A stretch of DNA of 30,104 nucleotides, from IMG/VR virus record IMGVR_UViG_3300029521_000019, positions 1 through 30,104 of that record. One strand, 5' to 3'. Origin of the DNA: a virus. This document shows positions 29,732 through 30,104 of the stretch, in pieces. The first letter of the stretch is position 1. Each line of letters opens with the position of its first letter. The notes under the pieces are model-generated. The model was not told the origin of the DNA. It worked only from the letters and a program-made list of their open reading frames with translations, and ran no database searches. The position numbers and the translations under genes are program-made.

Positions 29732-30016
29732 ATGAACATCGATGGAGTAGATTACGTACCAGTATCAGAATTAGCGTCGTTCAATAATAGCGACCACGTG
29801 TGCGTTATCGCTGATCGCGGATGGATATTTGAAGGGTACCGCGAAGAAGGAACAACAAGGCTTACAAACGCTCATGTAGTGCGTAAATGGAGCAACGGTC
29901 TTGGAATCGGCGGGCTAGCTGATCCTGACTACAAAGATGATTATACTCTTGATAATATCGGCTGTATCGAATTATCACCTAACGCAATTATCGCGGTAAT
30001 ACCGTTGGAGTGGTAA
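29732..30016 (+). CDS. Hypothetical early protein
   Basis: The 94-aa ORF has the RBS GAAAGGAAC. It is the first gene of the operator-controlled two-gene operon that ends with the Gly-X repeat ORF. Confidence 0.55.
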   Translation: MNIDGVDYVPVSELASFNNSDHVCVIADRGWIFEGYREEGTTRLTNAHVVRKWSNGLGIGGLADPDYKDDYTLDNIGCIELSPNAIIAVIPLEW

Positions 30017-30018
30017 TA

Positions 30019-30104
30019 ATGGCTAATTACGGCGACGGCTACGGCTGCGGCAACGGCTGCGGCGACGTTGACGGCGACGGCTACGGCGACGGCTACGGCT
30101 GCGG
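30019..30104 (+). CDS. Gly-X dipeptide-repeat protein, 5' part (continues at 1..292 after circular closure)
   Basis: ATG 30019 lies 8 nt after GGAG and 2 nt after the upstream stop. It reads MANYGDGYGCGNGCGDVDGDGYGDGYGCG and runs off the window end. 30036..30104 equals 1..69. Confidence 0.6.
   Translation, partial: MANYGDGYGCGNGCGDVDGDGYGDGYGC

Overview
The window appears to be a complete, circularly closed dsDNA phage genome. Its first 69 nt (1..69) are identical to its last 69 nt (30036..30104), giving a unit length of about 30,035 bp. No database search was possible, so all functional calls come from motifs read in the translations, gene order and hand-inspected DNA signals.

All convincing protein genes lie on the + strand. 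They form transcription units bounded by TGnTATAAT-type promoters and hairpin plus T-tract terminators, a style typical of Gram-positive hosts.

Modules in order:
- 1..292: the 3' end of an early ORF that wraps the junction.
- 428..3436: replication genes. These are a winged-helix protein, a DnaD-like organizer, a DnaC-like loader, a small RHH protein, a RuvC-like resolvase and a MazG-like protein.
- 3483..8522: packaging and head genes of A118/Sfi11-like order (TerS, TerL, portal, SPP1-gp7/MuF-like head morphogenesis protein). An AT-rich orphan DNA methyltransferase is inserted after the portal gene.
- 8645..11617: an accessory island with its own promoter and terminator, inserted between the head-morphogenesis and scaffold genes. 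It encodes a pentapeptide-repeat protein, a protein with a Lar-like zinc ribbon, a glycine-zipper protein and several small Cys-rich ORFs.
- 11549..12223: about 670 nt with no credible gene but dense structure.
- 12224..24920: the late operon (scaffold, major capsid, connectors, major tail, Gp15-like chaperone, tape measure, long Dit, small putative RBP, Tal).
- 24921..25196: a short intergenic locus with two promoter-hairpin-terminator units and one antisense micro-ORF.
- 25197..26693: lysis genes (XhlA-like, holin, amidase with cell-wall-binding repeats).
- 26847..30016: recombination and early genes (RecT/Bet, DUF1351-like, Zn ribbon, SSB, two unknowns).

No integrase, CI-type repressor, tRNA, rRNA or CRISPR array was found.

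Most notable observations:
- A 102-aa (Gly-X)41 dipeptide-repeat ORF spans the circular junction.
- A near-identical palindromic operator overlaps the -10 box of three or four early promoters, and a candidate RHH regulator is present.
- The accessory island looks anti-restriction-like.
- The tail/lysis intergenic locus has a + strand sequence complementary to an RBS motif (CGAAAGGAAC) shared by five early genes.
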